64,000 nucleotides of DNA from Zygnema circumcarinatum SAG 698-1b. Taxonomy: Eukaryota; Plantae; Zygnematophyceae. The stretch is from contig CM074807.1 of NCBI GenBank assembly GCA_037447605.1, forward strand, positions 3,484,829-3,548,828. Direction: 5' to 3'. This document shows positions 17,370-30,264 of this stretch, one piece after another. The translations under genes and the position numbers were made by a program. Within the stretch, counting starts at the first letter, position 1; each line of letters starts with the position of its first letter. Below the pieces are notes generated by a model. The model saw only the letters and a program-made list of their open reading frames with translations. It ran no database searches and was not told the DNA's origin.

Positions 17370-18990
17370 GTTCGATGTAATGCTCGTTACTGTGAATTTA
17401 GGTCAAAATCGATCTCTCTCCGATCCTTTTCCTCTCCTGTCCTTTATTCTTGTTGCTCTCTCGCACACTCTCTCTTTCTCTGACTTTCTTCCTCTATTTC
17501 ACTCCTACTTCCTTTCCCTCCCTCTTCATCTCCAATTAGGTCAAGGTCTGCACTCCGCTTCCTCCCGCTCACTCTCTTCTAACTCTTACATTCTTACTCT
17601 TTCTCTTTCTCTTCCTCACCTTGAGTTTATTAGGTTTAGGGTTAAAGAGTTAGAAATGAGTTAGGGTTAGGGTTAGGGTTAGGATTAGGATTCGGGTTAG
17701 ATTAGGGTTAGCGTTGAAGTTACGAGAAGATTAGAGCCACGTCTTTTCTTGCGTAGATTAGAGTTAGGATTACCGTGAGGAATACGGTCGGATTTGTTAA
17801 AGTTTATTGTTAGCAGTTGAGTTAAGAAATTAGGGTTAGGGTTTGAATCAGTGTCAGGATTGGTGCCAGAATTACTTTTAGTTACGCTTATGACGAGTGA
17901 CGCTTCAAGCTTGGGTCCAGCGCCATTAGGGCTTAAAATTAGGGTTAGCATCGGAATCAGAGAGTAGCACTGTAATGATTTTTGAAAAGTTGCAGTGGCT
18001 TTAAGTTATGCTTGTCGTTGACAAATTCTTCAGACAAAGGACGAGTGAATTGGCAACGCCCTTCCAAATGATCAAATGTACATCGATGGCCTAAGGCAGA
18101 ATGCAGAACTAACGTGACCTGTACAAGGAAAGAGAGAGGCTATGGGCAAGACTCTGCTTCTAAATAAACAGAACTTAGAAAAAACCCATCAACTCACAAC
18201 CGGTGGAACACAATGTATGGTGTTTGAACTTTGAAGGCGATACAAAACCGTCATTTCATTTCCAGTACGTTACTGAAGGACGAGGTCGGTACGCTCCTAA
18301 TTCAGTCTCTAGGAAGTTCTCTCTCTCCCTCTCTCTCTCTCCCTCTCTCTCTCTCCCTCTCACTCTCTCCATCTCACTCTCTCCCACTTCCTGTGTCTCC
18401 AAACCATGGACACCCTCTGCCTCTGTATGTGTGCATTACTGAACTCCGGACCTGCACCCCTTCATCAGCACCTCCATCATCACCTCTCCATACAAGCTTC
18501 TCCGCCAGAAGCCTCACTCAATGGCACCACATTATGCCCGGCTTTATTTTCAAAGCGAAGACAACAAAATGTACACTGGAGAATCACACAGGGAGAAACC
18601 CTACCTTTTGAACCTAGAGAAGAAAAAGAAGGAGAAGGCGAAGAAGAAGGAGAAGAAGAAGCACACCCTCCTGGCTGAGCAACACTGCTATGTACCCACA
18701 AGATACCATATCCACCTGCAGCCTCCTATTGAACCACACCCTTCCCTTCCCCCTCCCTCTCCCTCTCCCTCTCCCTCCCGCGGCAGCTATAGCTTAACAC
18801 AACTTTCACAATACACACTATGCACACAGCAGAGGGCCTATTTCCCCCTCTGCACAACGCAGGATTGTTAGGGGCACCCCCCTCCAGCACTTTTCCTTAA
18901 AGTCCATGGCTGCACTACTCCAAAGGAAGTTAACGTATAGGAAGGTGCCCCTGGTCTTGTCTTGCTGTGCCGATAGAGGGAGAGAAGGAC

Positions 18991-20427
18991 TCATCTCAAG
19001 TAGGCTGAAGTTAACCAGAGGGAGAGAAACGTGAATTCGCTTACAAGGACAGCGGGAGAGCTTATCCCAAGCACGGGAAAAATGTCTACCCTTAACCAGC
19101 TCTCTACAACGCTTCCCACCAAAGCTCCAATTACCACACCGCCAACAGTCATCAAACTGGCTTTCCCTGCACATGCAATGCACAGAAAACTCAGCTTTCT
19201 TATGATAAGAGGAGGTGCAAAGCATAGGATTGTTACATGTTTTTTCACATCTATGTTGCTTCGAAGGATCATGATAACTTTCTGTTCTAGAGAAGACGTT
19301 TAAACAGTTTCAGGTTCAGATCCAATTTCAACATTGAGAAGTGCTTTAACCCTTCCTCTGCATTACAACTTTCATGAGTGTTCTAGCAACACACGACATT
19401 AAGGGCTATCCAGGACAGATATAAACGAAGAAAGTTCAAGAAAGGGATTTTCTACGAAGGAACACACAGAAAGGTTCGTTTGCAGTTCTGCTATATCCCC
19501 TAGGTTATCTGTACTCACCCCATATCAACCCTTCTGAAGAACTCTCCTACTCTCCTCACTCTTTGTCTACTTGACCCCTATCTACAACGAGCATGAGAAG
19601 TCCAACCAACTGCCCTCCACTCACCTAGCTTTACTTGTTGTTGTCTCAGAAAATAAAGCGATGCTCCAAATCCAACAGCCAATTGCAATCCCGGTACATC
19701 CGATCCATTAGTGCTTGAATCGAATTCTGATAATCCCCCTGCAAAGGTCCAAGCAGCAAGGGCTCCAAAGAGAGCTGCCTGTGTTGCTAAAACATTGGAG
19801 GGAGGGGTCTCTACTTTCACAGGAGATGATTTGGCAATTCCTTGTAGCCACTGAGGGGTAGCCGGTCGGGGTTTCCGAACATCTGCAAATTTAACACTGT
19901 TATCTACAACCTTCCCGGCTCGTCTCTTCGAGAGACTTTGCATAAGCAGCAAGTCATAGGCTGCATCCACCTGCAGTGATTGTCAAAGCATAGCATAAAC
20001 TAGGTCATAAAGTGGTTAAAGAAGGTAGAAGATAGAGCTTCAAAATGGCTTTGGGAATGCAAGAGACTAATACCTGACTCATGCGCTCTTGATCCCCTCC
20101 ACTCGTGTCCATCATAACATTTTTAGCTCGCAAAATTTCATCAAAAGTGGCACCTTCCCGGACTCCAAGAAGCTCCAATGCTGATTCCAAAGACATTTCA
20201 GAAGGAGGCCGGTCGTCCTGTCTGGCAAAAACTTTAAATCTCCTCATAGTCGACTTGCAGCTTTTTGGAAAGCTCCGCGAGTCCGGGAGATTGTTGCAAG
20301 TAAAGCTCCGGTGAGCTAATTTGCAAGATGGAGAGGGCCGACCTGATGGACCTAGTCTACATGTGAACAGGCAGCTCTGCATGATGGCTGCTCGCCTCAC
20401 TCCTGCAGCAGCTGCGAATGTTGCCAT
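18991..20427 (-). CDS. Plastid CPP1/CDF1-family J-like chaperone (DUF3353; closest to the At2g20920 type)
   Basis: Exons 20427-20074, 19970-19625, 19166-18991 in frame. Transit peptide, then EMSLESALELLGVREGATFDEILRAK, DAAYDLLLMQSLSKRRAGKVV, DVPGLQLAVGFGASLYF, SPAVLVSEF. Confidence 0.88.
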
Positions 20428-21692
20428 GAATTCGGAACTAATAAAAAAAAGACTTCTCTGATCTGCAAGCTGCTAGTCGCTCTTGTTGGAGGTAAGGTTG
20501 CAGCTCTCAGCGCTGTCAAAGCCCACACGCAAATCATGCATCAGGAGAGGCATTGTGTAGAAAACTAGTATTGGCTGGCAAGAGAGTCATCATGAATTGG
20601 TAATGGAACAAAGAATCAACATTAATGAAGGGCTGATGGGTGCACTCGAAGAACAACAGGGAGCCGATATGAGTCCGTAGAGACAGCGATACTGACAGAG
20701 ACAACGAAACCGCTAAATTGGCGAGCTGAAAGCAAGTAATTTAATAAAAAACAAACTCTTTCCCTTCCTTTTTCCTTCACATCCATCTGTGCTCCGTCCA
20801 AATACCCATCCATATCAAAGTTGTCCAAACGTTCCCTCACTGCATAAATCCCTCCCTCCCTCCCTCTCTTGTGACCCTTACTATCTCCCCCAACCCANNN
20901 NNNNNNNCCCCCCCCCCCCCCCCCCCCCCTTCCTCTCCGTCTCTCTCCCACTCGCTCTCCGCCACACTCTATCTCTCTCTCCATCCCTGGCTTAATCTTA
21001 ATTATCAGTCATATAACTGTACCATCAATAACACAATATCATGCCAAAGGCGAGACTGTCAAAGTGGGTAGTCTCATGTCGGATAAAACTTCAACCATCA
21101 GCTGAGAACCCTCCAATGAACCAGCGAGCAATTGGACTTCAAAAAGGTGAGTCATCAAGAACGCAAATAAAGGGAACAAACAATACGCCCTAAAACAAAC
21201 AGTCCACCACACAGGCAGACAGAACAACTGATTCCTGCAGTGAGTGTGTTCCAAGGAAACCATGCTTCAGTAGAACTGTCACAGTCAGAAAGGGCAGCAT
21301 TGCCAAACTTAACAAGGCACATTCCCTGAAGATTGCAAGGTGATAATTCTTCATACATTCGGATCGCATTCATGTTCTCTCATCTCACTCACTCTTGCCT
21401 CGAATGATCGGACTCGGATCATACCTTCAACAATAATGTCCCAAGAATCAGCGCAAGAGCCCTTCTTCCCCAGCTAAATGCCTCGTTCCACGCTTCAAAC
21501 CTAATTTTAAACGACTCCAATTGTTAGCCTCTTCCCCTAGCATAACCAGATCCCTTACTCCTCCTGATGCTTCCTTTGGCAAAAACCTTCGGAAAGCGAG
21601 CGAGAGAGAGTAGAGTGCGATGCAGGAGGGAGAGGGGAGACGGTGGAGGAGATGGTGTTGTGAGAGAGAGGGGAGCAGGGACGAAGGGTTAA

Positions 21693-21753
<61 letters not shown>

Positions 21754-22059
21754 GGGGAAGGCCTTCGTGGAGCTTTGGGAGCTCCTTTGCCTACAAAAGC
21801 AAACAAAATAACTGACAGTGCGTGAAAACATAGAATCGGTACTCTCTCAGCAGAATTAATGAGGTGAATCCTTCAAGTACAGTCCTTTTTCTAATAAAAA
21901 ATATACTTTGAACGAAGCTTCTGCAGGCAACATAGGAACATCATTCAGTTAAAAATCTGTGACCCGCGACTATTTTATGAAACGGAGACACAGAACCGTT
22001 CTGAGAGGACCCTGAAATGGGGTCAACCCAACAGCAATTTTAGACTGCTCCGTGATGGG

Positions 22060-22325
22060 GCTGAGCCCCTTCATATGTCCCTTCCTTTTTGTCTTCGTGG
22101 TTCCCCATGCTGTTGATTTTGTCCATGTACATTTGATGGCCTCGTCGCCATCAAGAGATTTTCTTCATATGCCATTTTGGTACCTTCTAATGAGAACAAA
22201 ATTTGGCATTGGTCTCACGATGGCGATGCCATCCAAGGTACATGAACAAAAGTGACATGGGGAACCACGAGGAACCGAGCGCAAAGGACCTCAGGACATA
22301 AGGAAAAACGTTTAAGCTGAGTTCT
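22060..22325. mobile_element. Head-to-head pair of short dispersed repeats (family B)
   Basis: Core gatggcgatgccatc..gtacatgaacaaaa..catggggaaccacgag on + at ~22215-22275 and on - at ~22093-22152. Confidence 0.6.
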
Positions 22326-23555
22326 CCTTCTCATTGTTTCTCTTAGATGAAATGTCCTTGACCTTCGATTGCACAGGCATCGTGCGTTCAATGGCTGTTT
22401 CTAGTTCCTCGTTTTATAGTGGTGCCTGGTGGACATGTTGCTGGTCCTGAAACCACTTCTAATCGCAGGACGATGCTCTAGGAGGCAATGGGAGGGACAG
22501 AGGCTTCGTAAGAAAACCATCGCCTTGGGACATTTCAAATTCACAATTGATTGGTTAACAGATCGGTCAGAGATGTAAGTATGGCCCCATGAGTCCATGA
22601 CACCTTCAGTTCTTCAGTGCTTCAGTTCAGATTCAATTCAGATCCAAGAATGGCCATGCCATAGAGACAAAGACGAGCAGTACTCCCCACTAAGGAAAAA
22701 GGGAAGGCGCTAAGAAATGACAAACCGAAGCCGTCCGAGTACGATCGACTAAGCCATCAGTATCAACACGGCACGACTGCCTCGCAAAAGCTGAGTTTGA
22801 GGAATCTGTCAGACCCGTTAGTTCCATTGGCCACTGCTGGCGGCAGTGCTGGTGGATCCAGAGCAGGCCTGGTTCATCCTTTGAACACTTCAAGAGAGAT
22901 AAAAATCAACCGCGTGGATGCAACGAAGGAGGAGCGAAGCCTGGCTATGGATGGCATCTCTCCCAACCCTAACTCTAACCTTAACCCTAACCCAGAGTCC
23001 TGCACAACACCCTACCCTGACAATGAAGAAGCAGCAATGCTCGGCTTTGTCTACAGTTAAGCATCTCATTATTGGTGTTGGCTCCTTGTTCAGGGACGGC
23101 TTTACAATGGAGAATAGGTCTTGCTCCCAAGGCCTTCTCCAGGTGCCCCCGTTGCTTGCTCTTGAAAAGAATAGGAACGAAAATGGCGCAGGTCTTGAAC
23201 AAAGAGGTTCATTTTACTTTCTGTCTTTAGAGCAGTCCGCATTGGGCGTTGTGTCTTGAGACCGTGAATGTGGACACTTGAGAATGAGAAGTATGTACAG
23301 GCTTTCACGCTGCCCCAATAGTCCTTGATTTTATCCACCACTATGAATACACCAAAGCTTGATCGATTGCCCCAAAAGCAAAGAAGAGCTCCAAAATTTT
23401 GGGCCGTCATGTCGATGCTCCCTCCCCTCCAGCATGTTCTATTTTAGTGCAGTCCCAAATGCAGGGCCGAGAAACAACCGTATCCTGGGAGGTCGAGAGC
23501 TCTCATATTGAGCAGCTGGATATTGAAACACATACGTGATTTGCAGAGATTTCCA

Positions 23556-26500
23556 TCACTCTACCGCAAGCAAGGCATGCTTTAATAACTCATCTGCGCT
23601 CGGCCTTGAGCTTGGGTTTGGATGTACAAGGGCCTGAAAAAAGCCCCCACCACGACGGAATGCCATTATAGCCTGACACAACTTTGAATTGAACACGCAA
23701 CATATTATAAAATGGCAAAGATAGCCACTTTTCTTGCAGCCTCTCTGAACGGTCTGAGAGGCTCACCTTTATCAATTGCTGGAAAGCGGCTGAGTATCCA
23801 GGCAATAACATAAGTTTGCCCTCCCGAATAGCCTGGAAGGATGCCCCTGTTGATGGTAAGGGAGAATTTCTTGCAAGTTCATAAACACTAGCACCGAGTG
23901 AGAACATGTCAGTCTTTCTCAAGTCGCTGTAGTCGCTGTTCAGCACTTCCAATGGCATGTACCGTGCATCGCCCTCCACAACACTCATGCTTCCGTCCAG
24001 CCGAGTTGCTCGACCAAAATCGCCGAGTCTATATTCTCCACTTGAGTGGTAAATGTTGTCAGGTTTGACGTCAAGATGCACAATTCCCCTTGAGTGGACG
24101 AAAGCAAGAGCACTCGCCATCTGTATGCAACGAGGTTCAACCCGAGCATCAAAAAGAGCTGCCACTATTGAACGGAGAATCTCAGTCAGGAGTGGGCAAT
24201 TCATTGTTTGCAGGTCAGACTCATAAGAGAACTGAGCAACAGCAAACGCAAACGACCGAGACACTTTCAAAGGCTGTCTTCTTCTGCCATCGAACTAAAG
24301 TGCAAGAGGAATGTAGATTATTAAGAGCAATACAGTTACATCACAAGTGGTGTATTCATCTGATAAATTGGTAACATTACACAAACCTGCTGCAAAAATT
24401 CAACAAGCTCCTTTTCAGAGAAAGCCCTCCCAGATTTCGCCTGTTGTGCGACGCTGCCTTCACAAAGCTCCATTTGAATGTAAAGATGGTCTGCTTCATA
24501 CCACGCGGAGTAGTAACGCACTACGTTCTTGTGATGTCCTGCAGATATCCATCACAGATTGTAAGCCATCCATAGCGGACGATGGCATATACTCAAAAGC
24601 AAATACTTTAGAGGATACTTGCCCCTTCATAACAGAGATAGGAGTAAGAAAAATAGTCTACAAATGCGTTACATGACTGGTCTAGCCATATCAAAACAAG
24701 CTTCCAGTCCAGATAATAGCCAATAACTAGCTTTTCTTTTCGCATCAGATCAGAGCCCACTTGCCTTTGATGGCACAGAGAAAACGAGTGGTAAGCCAGG
24801 GCAATTGCGTCATAGGTGGATGATCAAGTGCAGGAAATACATGAACACGAGATACAGACAACTTACCTAGTGCAGCGAGAGCTTGCACCTCTGTCAAAGC
24901 CTGCTTCCTGCATACACAGCAGATTGACAGTGATTGTGAGCAAGACCTCCGCACAAGTAGCCCAAATCTTGTCATCGACAAGGCCCTGGTCTAACGACCG
25001 CAACAAGACTAATGCACGGTTTGTTTTGAAGTTTAAGGAGACCATGACGCAAAGGGCAACACATTGAGCTTTCACGCCTGTTCTTCAGTGAGCATTGAGC
25101 ATTGGAAAAACTCTGTGATTATGGTGAATAGCAGATAAGCCAATTTTTGAGTGGAGGAGTGGGGGGTGTGTAAAACAGGTAAATTGGAGTCGTGACTTGC
25201 AATCGTGACAAGTGACTGAGCAATTTAAGGGTCTGCATTTGGAGATGTGCATAATTACCTTTCACTATCTTGCCGTAATTCCCTAATTGTCCGTTTAACA
25301 GCATAAAGGCATCCGTCAATTCGCTGCCGCACCTTGAAAACTCGGCTGAAGTATCCATGGCCTATCTCCTGAAATCAATTGTGAATTGTCAGGAAATCAT
25401 ACGCCCCAAATTGCGAAACAAGAAAAGCACCGCCTATACGTCAGATAAATTTTGAATCAACTACAAACGTGCTAGTTTGAATCCTCAGTTGACTCCTATC
25501 TCTACCAGTCCAGTTTTCATTTCTCGATAGTGAAGCATGTGGTATGTAACTGGCTTAATGTTGGAGGTTAGTAAATCGTACCTCTACCTCGTGAAAATCT
25601 GCTCTATATCGGGACGTAACCGAAGGTATGCCACCTGCATATACACGGCAGCAGAGAATGTCAAGTGCGAAACAACTTTAAAACTTCCCTGGTTATTTGG
25701 CTGCCTGCCTACCTTCCATTACAATGAATATAGACACATTTCCGTGATGAAAGCAACCTGAGCAATATTAAAAAGGAGAATGAGACTTAAAAATGGGTAA
25801 AGGTTTGAAAGCGTATCTCACCCAGAATAGACCCGGCAGGTCTCAAGTTCTTCCTCTTTGTTTCGTTATCAACGTCACTTGGTAGAAACGGATTAGGTAT
25901 GCAAGGCGGGGACTGTACTCGCCTCCGCATAGAAGCAATTTTCTCTCTAACATTTGAAAGGACAGTCTGTCGTCCAGATTGCAAACATCCCCTGTTGTTC
26001 CATCCTTGATTCAGAGTTCCGGCTCTATTCTTTGATTGTGAAGACGATGCATTCTCATGTAAACTCCTTGGAGTTGGGGCAGGCCAATACTCTATCCTAC
26101 CTTCCGACTCACTTCCTGCTCCTTCACCTGGTTGGACTGCTTGTTCCAACTCTTCCAGTGGCTGCGTGCGACTGCCTGGTGGTAAGTCGACTTCAGGCCG
26201 GGACAAAAAGAGATGGGAAGGTAACTGTAACTGGGGGGGCTCTGGTTGAGTTGATAAGATGTCATCGCCAAGCCAGGAAGGCTCAACATTGATATCATCT
26301 GCAGCAAAAGCGTCCGTCTCGGTTGGCAATGGCAAGGGCGTCTGGAGACTGAAAGTCATAAATATAATGAAGCTATTAGAATGAAAAACGGTCGCCTTCG
26401 TATAGGGGATCCCACACTGGTGTGCTAGTAAAGGAAACCCTGAAATCTAGTCTTACACTTTTATGGGTACTGCCTCCGCCCACAGTTTGACTTGCAGGTG

Positions 26501-27783
26501 ACAGTTTGCAGTCTGACATGCAGGAAGATCCCAAACAAGAAAAAAGTTTAACACACTGCCTGACGATACTGCGACCGTCTGATTCAGACCTCACCTTTCC
26601 TTGGTCTTTTGGATCTCACGGGCGTCAAACTCACTGGGGAACTTAATCTTTTGCCGTTATCCTGGTCAGACAAACCAAATGGGTGTCAATTGATTATCAA
26701 ATGCTTCAACCATATAAGATGAAGTGTGAATACGCTTACCTGCTGCTTCGTGGCATTCTTCAAAAGTCACACGCGGCGGCTCTTGTTGCTGGAATTGTAA
26801 CATTCATTCCTTAAGATTGTACAAATCCCACCACCTGTTCTCCCACCTACTCCTCTCCTTCCCTAGTTCTGCCAGCCTGTGGACGTCTCTCTCTTTTTCT
26901 CTCCATACTCCTACGTCTCATAGCAACGATGATTATCTTCCTTGCCCATATGCCCCACCATTACTACTTCATTTTAAGGAAGGCAAGTCTGCTTACCCCA
27001 CTGTCTTCAAACCCTACATAGAATTGATTCTCGACGGGTGTGATGAAGTCCGGGGTGCTGCAACAGCACGCATGGACGAAAGAAGCTGATTAGTGAAACT
27101 AGTGACTGTGGCGTCGTCTGTCCAACGCTGTGTAGACAGACAGGCTCCTAGTAAGGACAATTGTTCGATTGACTTGGCGTACGTCTGACTCCAAAACCAA
27201 ACTTGACGCTTTCTCAGTCCATACATGGATCTCGGAGATTATTCTCGGCAACTGTAGAAGGGGAACATTAGATTACTTCACGTGGAGATGCACGTATGGA
27301 TCAAGCGCTAAGACCAGCGGGACGTAGGCTACAAAAAGAAATGGTCAAGAAATGTCTAAAGTCTGACTTTACGGCACGCACATACACCTTAAAGCCATGA
27401 AGCCTTACTTCTTCCTGCCTAAAGGTATCGGCTATAACATCTGAACTACAGCTCTAAAGAAGATGATACGCTCCTTCCAGAAAGCCAGCAGCACTTGATT
27501 CGTAGTGGAGATAGAGACGAATGGTGGTCTAATGGATACACATGCATGTACGCCGCACATTTTACACTCACCAAACAAAATCCTGGCTGCTGAAGTGCTC
27601 GGCTTCACCCTGCCGGCCTTGTGCTTCCATCTCCTTGAATCTATTGTCTTCTGTGCTCTGACTGCCACAAAAAGGCTCCACTTCGCAGGAAGCAGCCCTC
27701 TGCAGCGACACTTTGCTCATTTTCTGGCTCAGGCAGAGGCCACCATCAGATTCTGTTGGCACATCGTCGCACAGTGAAGCCAT
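23556..27783 (-). CDS. WEE1: WEE1 cell-cycle inhibitory protein kinase
   Basis: Exons 27783-27572 (SQDFVC split), 27057-26997 (TPDFITP), 26661-26595, a probable short exon near 26460-26515, ~26340-25822 (SPPCIPNPF), 25634-25582, 25368-25259 (IGHGYFSRVFKV..DGCLYAVK), 24907-24867, 24538-24387 (LYIQMELC), 24120-23767 (HLDVKPDNIY, LGDFG, EGDARYM), 23633-23556 (RPSADELLKH). N-terminal exon boundaries are less certain. Confidence 0.95.
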
Positions 27784-30264
27784 CTCAATAGTTTGTCTGC
27801 AGAGATGGACCAGTAAGGATGAAGTTATTAGCGATTAGATCAACCGCGCAGAGGATAAGCAGCGCGAGTTTCTTCTCCGCTAGAAATGGAAGCATGCGTG
27901 GAAGCAAAAGGAAAGAAGCTGCTCCGACAATCTGGAGAGAGGAAGGGCAGTCCTACACTTTACGGGAATGACTATGGTCGACTTACACACCACATGTTCA
28001 CTCAATACCACTAAAAATCAATCATTCTCTGTCACCGTTGGTTTTGAGCAGTGGTTTTTTCAATTCTAACAGAGCAAGCAATCTTTAGCCAATCCCGTTA
28101 ACTCGGATAGGCCCATCCTTCCAAACCAGGTCAACGGATGCCCTTCTTTTTTGGTCAAAAAAGCAGCATCACCTTCCCATTGTAAATTCAATCACTAATG
28201 CTTATCCTGATTGCCTTCTTGCAGCAAAGACTACCACCAAAATATTTGGCGCAAACCAACCCAGTGCAGACAGTACTGCTGCTGCTGCTGCGTCATCGTC
28301 CATGCATTTACTTTACCTTGAAACCACCTGCATCTGCAAGCTGCTCTCCTGCAAGACGAATGGCAGCATTGTAGGAGGCTTCCTTCCTTCCTTCCTTCCC
28401 TCCCTTCGTTTCCACTAGACCCCCCCTTCACCAGATCCGATCCAGGGCGGGCTTGACCGCCCGCTTCAGGAGAAGCAAGCAAGCGCTTCAATGCTTCTTG
28501 AAGAAGCCAGCCAGCCTGCCTGTGCTCTCCCTCTCCCAGCCCCCCCCTGGAGGGTCAAAAGGGAAAGAGCCTCCTTCCTGCTTCCCTTCCTGCCTCCCTC
28601 CCTCCCTCCCTCCCTCTTCCTCTCCCTCTTCCTCTCCCTCTCCCTCTCCCTCTCCCTCTCCCTCTNNNNNNNNNNTCTCCCTCTCCCTCTCCCTCTCCCT
28701 CTCCCCCTTTCCCTCTCCCTCCCGCTCTTTCCCTCCCTTTCCCTCCCTTCCTTTCCCTCCCTTCCTTTCCCTCCCTTTCCCTCCCTCCCTCGCCGGCAGG
28801 CAGGCACCTTCTGCAACAAATCGTATTTGAAAGCCCGCCAACCACCGACACGCACCATGGCGCCAGTCTTCCAAACATAGAAAACGTACATTGAAACTGG
28901 TTTTGAAAGTTTGAAGTCAAGGTTTTCTGTACGTGTTCTTTCTTCTTTGACCGACATCGTGCGCTAGGATTTCTTACATAGAACGCGTAACTTACAAAGC
29001 GGTTTCAATATACTGAAGCCAAGTTCTGGGGTACGTATTTTCGTTCTTTTGAGCTGGGAGTACCGCCAAGGACAAGAAAGGCAGGTCTAGGCGTGATCGG
29101 ATATAAATGGGGTACACCGCCCATGCTGTCGGTAGGTTTTGCTCAACTAAATTTAGTAAATCGCAAATGGTTTTGGATATTCAAATTCACACGTTTTGGG
29201 TACTTATTTTCTGTTTGACTAGGTGGAACACGACCAGCCTGACTCGGCAAGGACAGGGCAGGCACAGATCGGATATAAATGAGGTGGACGTTGAAAGATC
29301 AACGAGATCGATACATGTTAGAACTAGTACACTTGCGCGTTGAATATTATCCAAATTTTAAGGAGACAGAGTACAAATTCTGTTTTATAAGAATCCTTCC
29401 AGGCTGACCGATCTAGGCCTGCACGTCTCGCGTTCAGCAGCGATCCACCTGTTGTTCCAGGCGGACGTTCTTTCAAACTAAGTACTTCGCATCTGACCAG
29501 ACCCGTATTGTATGGCGGTAATAGGATACTTTATTCATGTTTCGCGCATGTGGTTGCCATACAAGGACCCTAAAAAACCCAAAGACTGCTGTAGTCCCTC
29601 TGCCGTACCGTAGTCACTGTTCGCTAGACGACAGAAAACGAGGCGTCCGCCAGCTGGCCTTGCGCCCATGCGACAAGAAGAGTACCGTACTCATGGTTTC
29701 TTACGTCACGAAATGACAAGAAGGTGTACTTTAGTGTACAATATACCGTACACAATTGTACAATACTGTACTTTATATGTACGAAATGAGCTGGATAGTA
29801 CGGTATCAAAAATTCGTACATTTTTATTGTACTGTACTTTCGGCTGTTACCGCAGTCGTTTGTCGTTGAAACTCTTGTTAAGTAATGGGAAATTTACGCC
29901 CCTTGCTTGCTTCCTCCCGCCCTCCCGCCCTCCCACCCTCCCTCCCTCTCCCTGCAAGCATTTTCCTTTTAAGCAGTAAATGAGAATTCCTCATCAGAGA
30001 AAGATTTTTGAAGTTTTCTATAGTATTTCATCATCCTGCTGCTTGAAAACCAATCCTTTTGTTTCTCCTGCTGCTGCTGCTGTTGCTGCTTCTCGCTTCT
30101 CACATAGGAGCATCTCCACTCCAGCGGTCAGAACTGCTGCTTTAAATTGGAGAGCATCCGGCAGAGTCGGATTGTTTGAGATTATGAACCATTATGGAAG
30201 AGATTGGATTTCATTTGCAGAAAGTTGGATATGGTGGCGGAGCTCTCGTCAGAAACAGCAGGCC

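Noticed and set aside
18200-18880. Lys-rich ORF (KKKKEKAKKKEKKK) and neighbours
   Set aside because: Derived from a GAA-rich simple repeat downstream of the CPP1-like stop; no splice or homology support.
20990-21830. Short ORFs and splice-like signals upstream of the CPP1-like gene
   Set aside because: Trial splicing on + strand hits stops; no recognisable homology; more simply a long 5' leader/promoter.
28030-28140. AACGG (MSA-like) cores upstream of WEE1
   Set aside because: Short motifs with imperfect flanks, expected by chance; cannot be supported.
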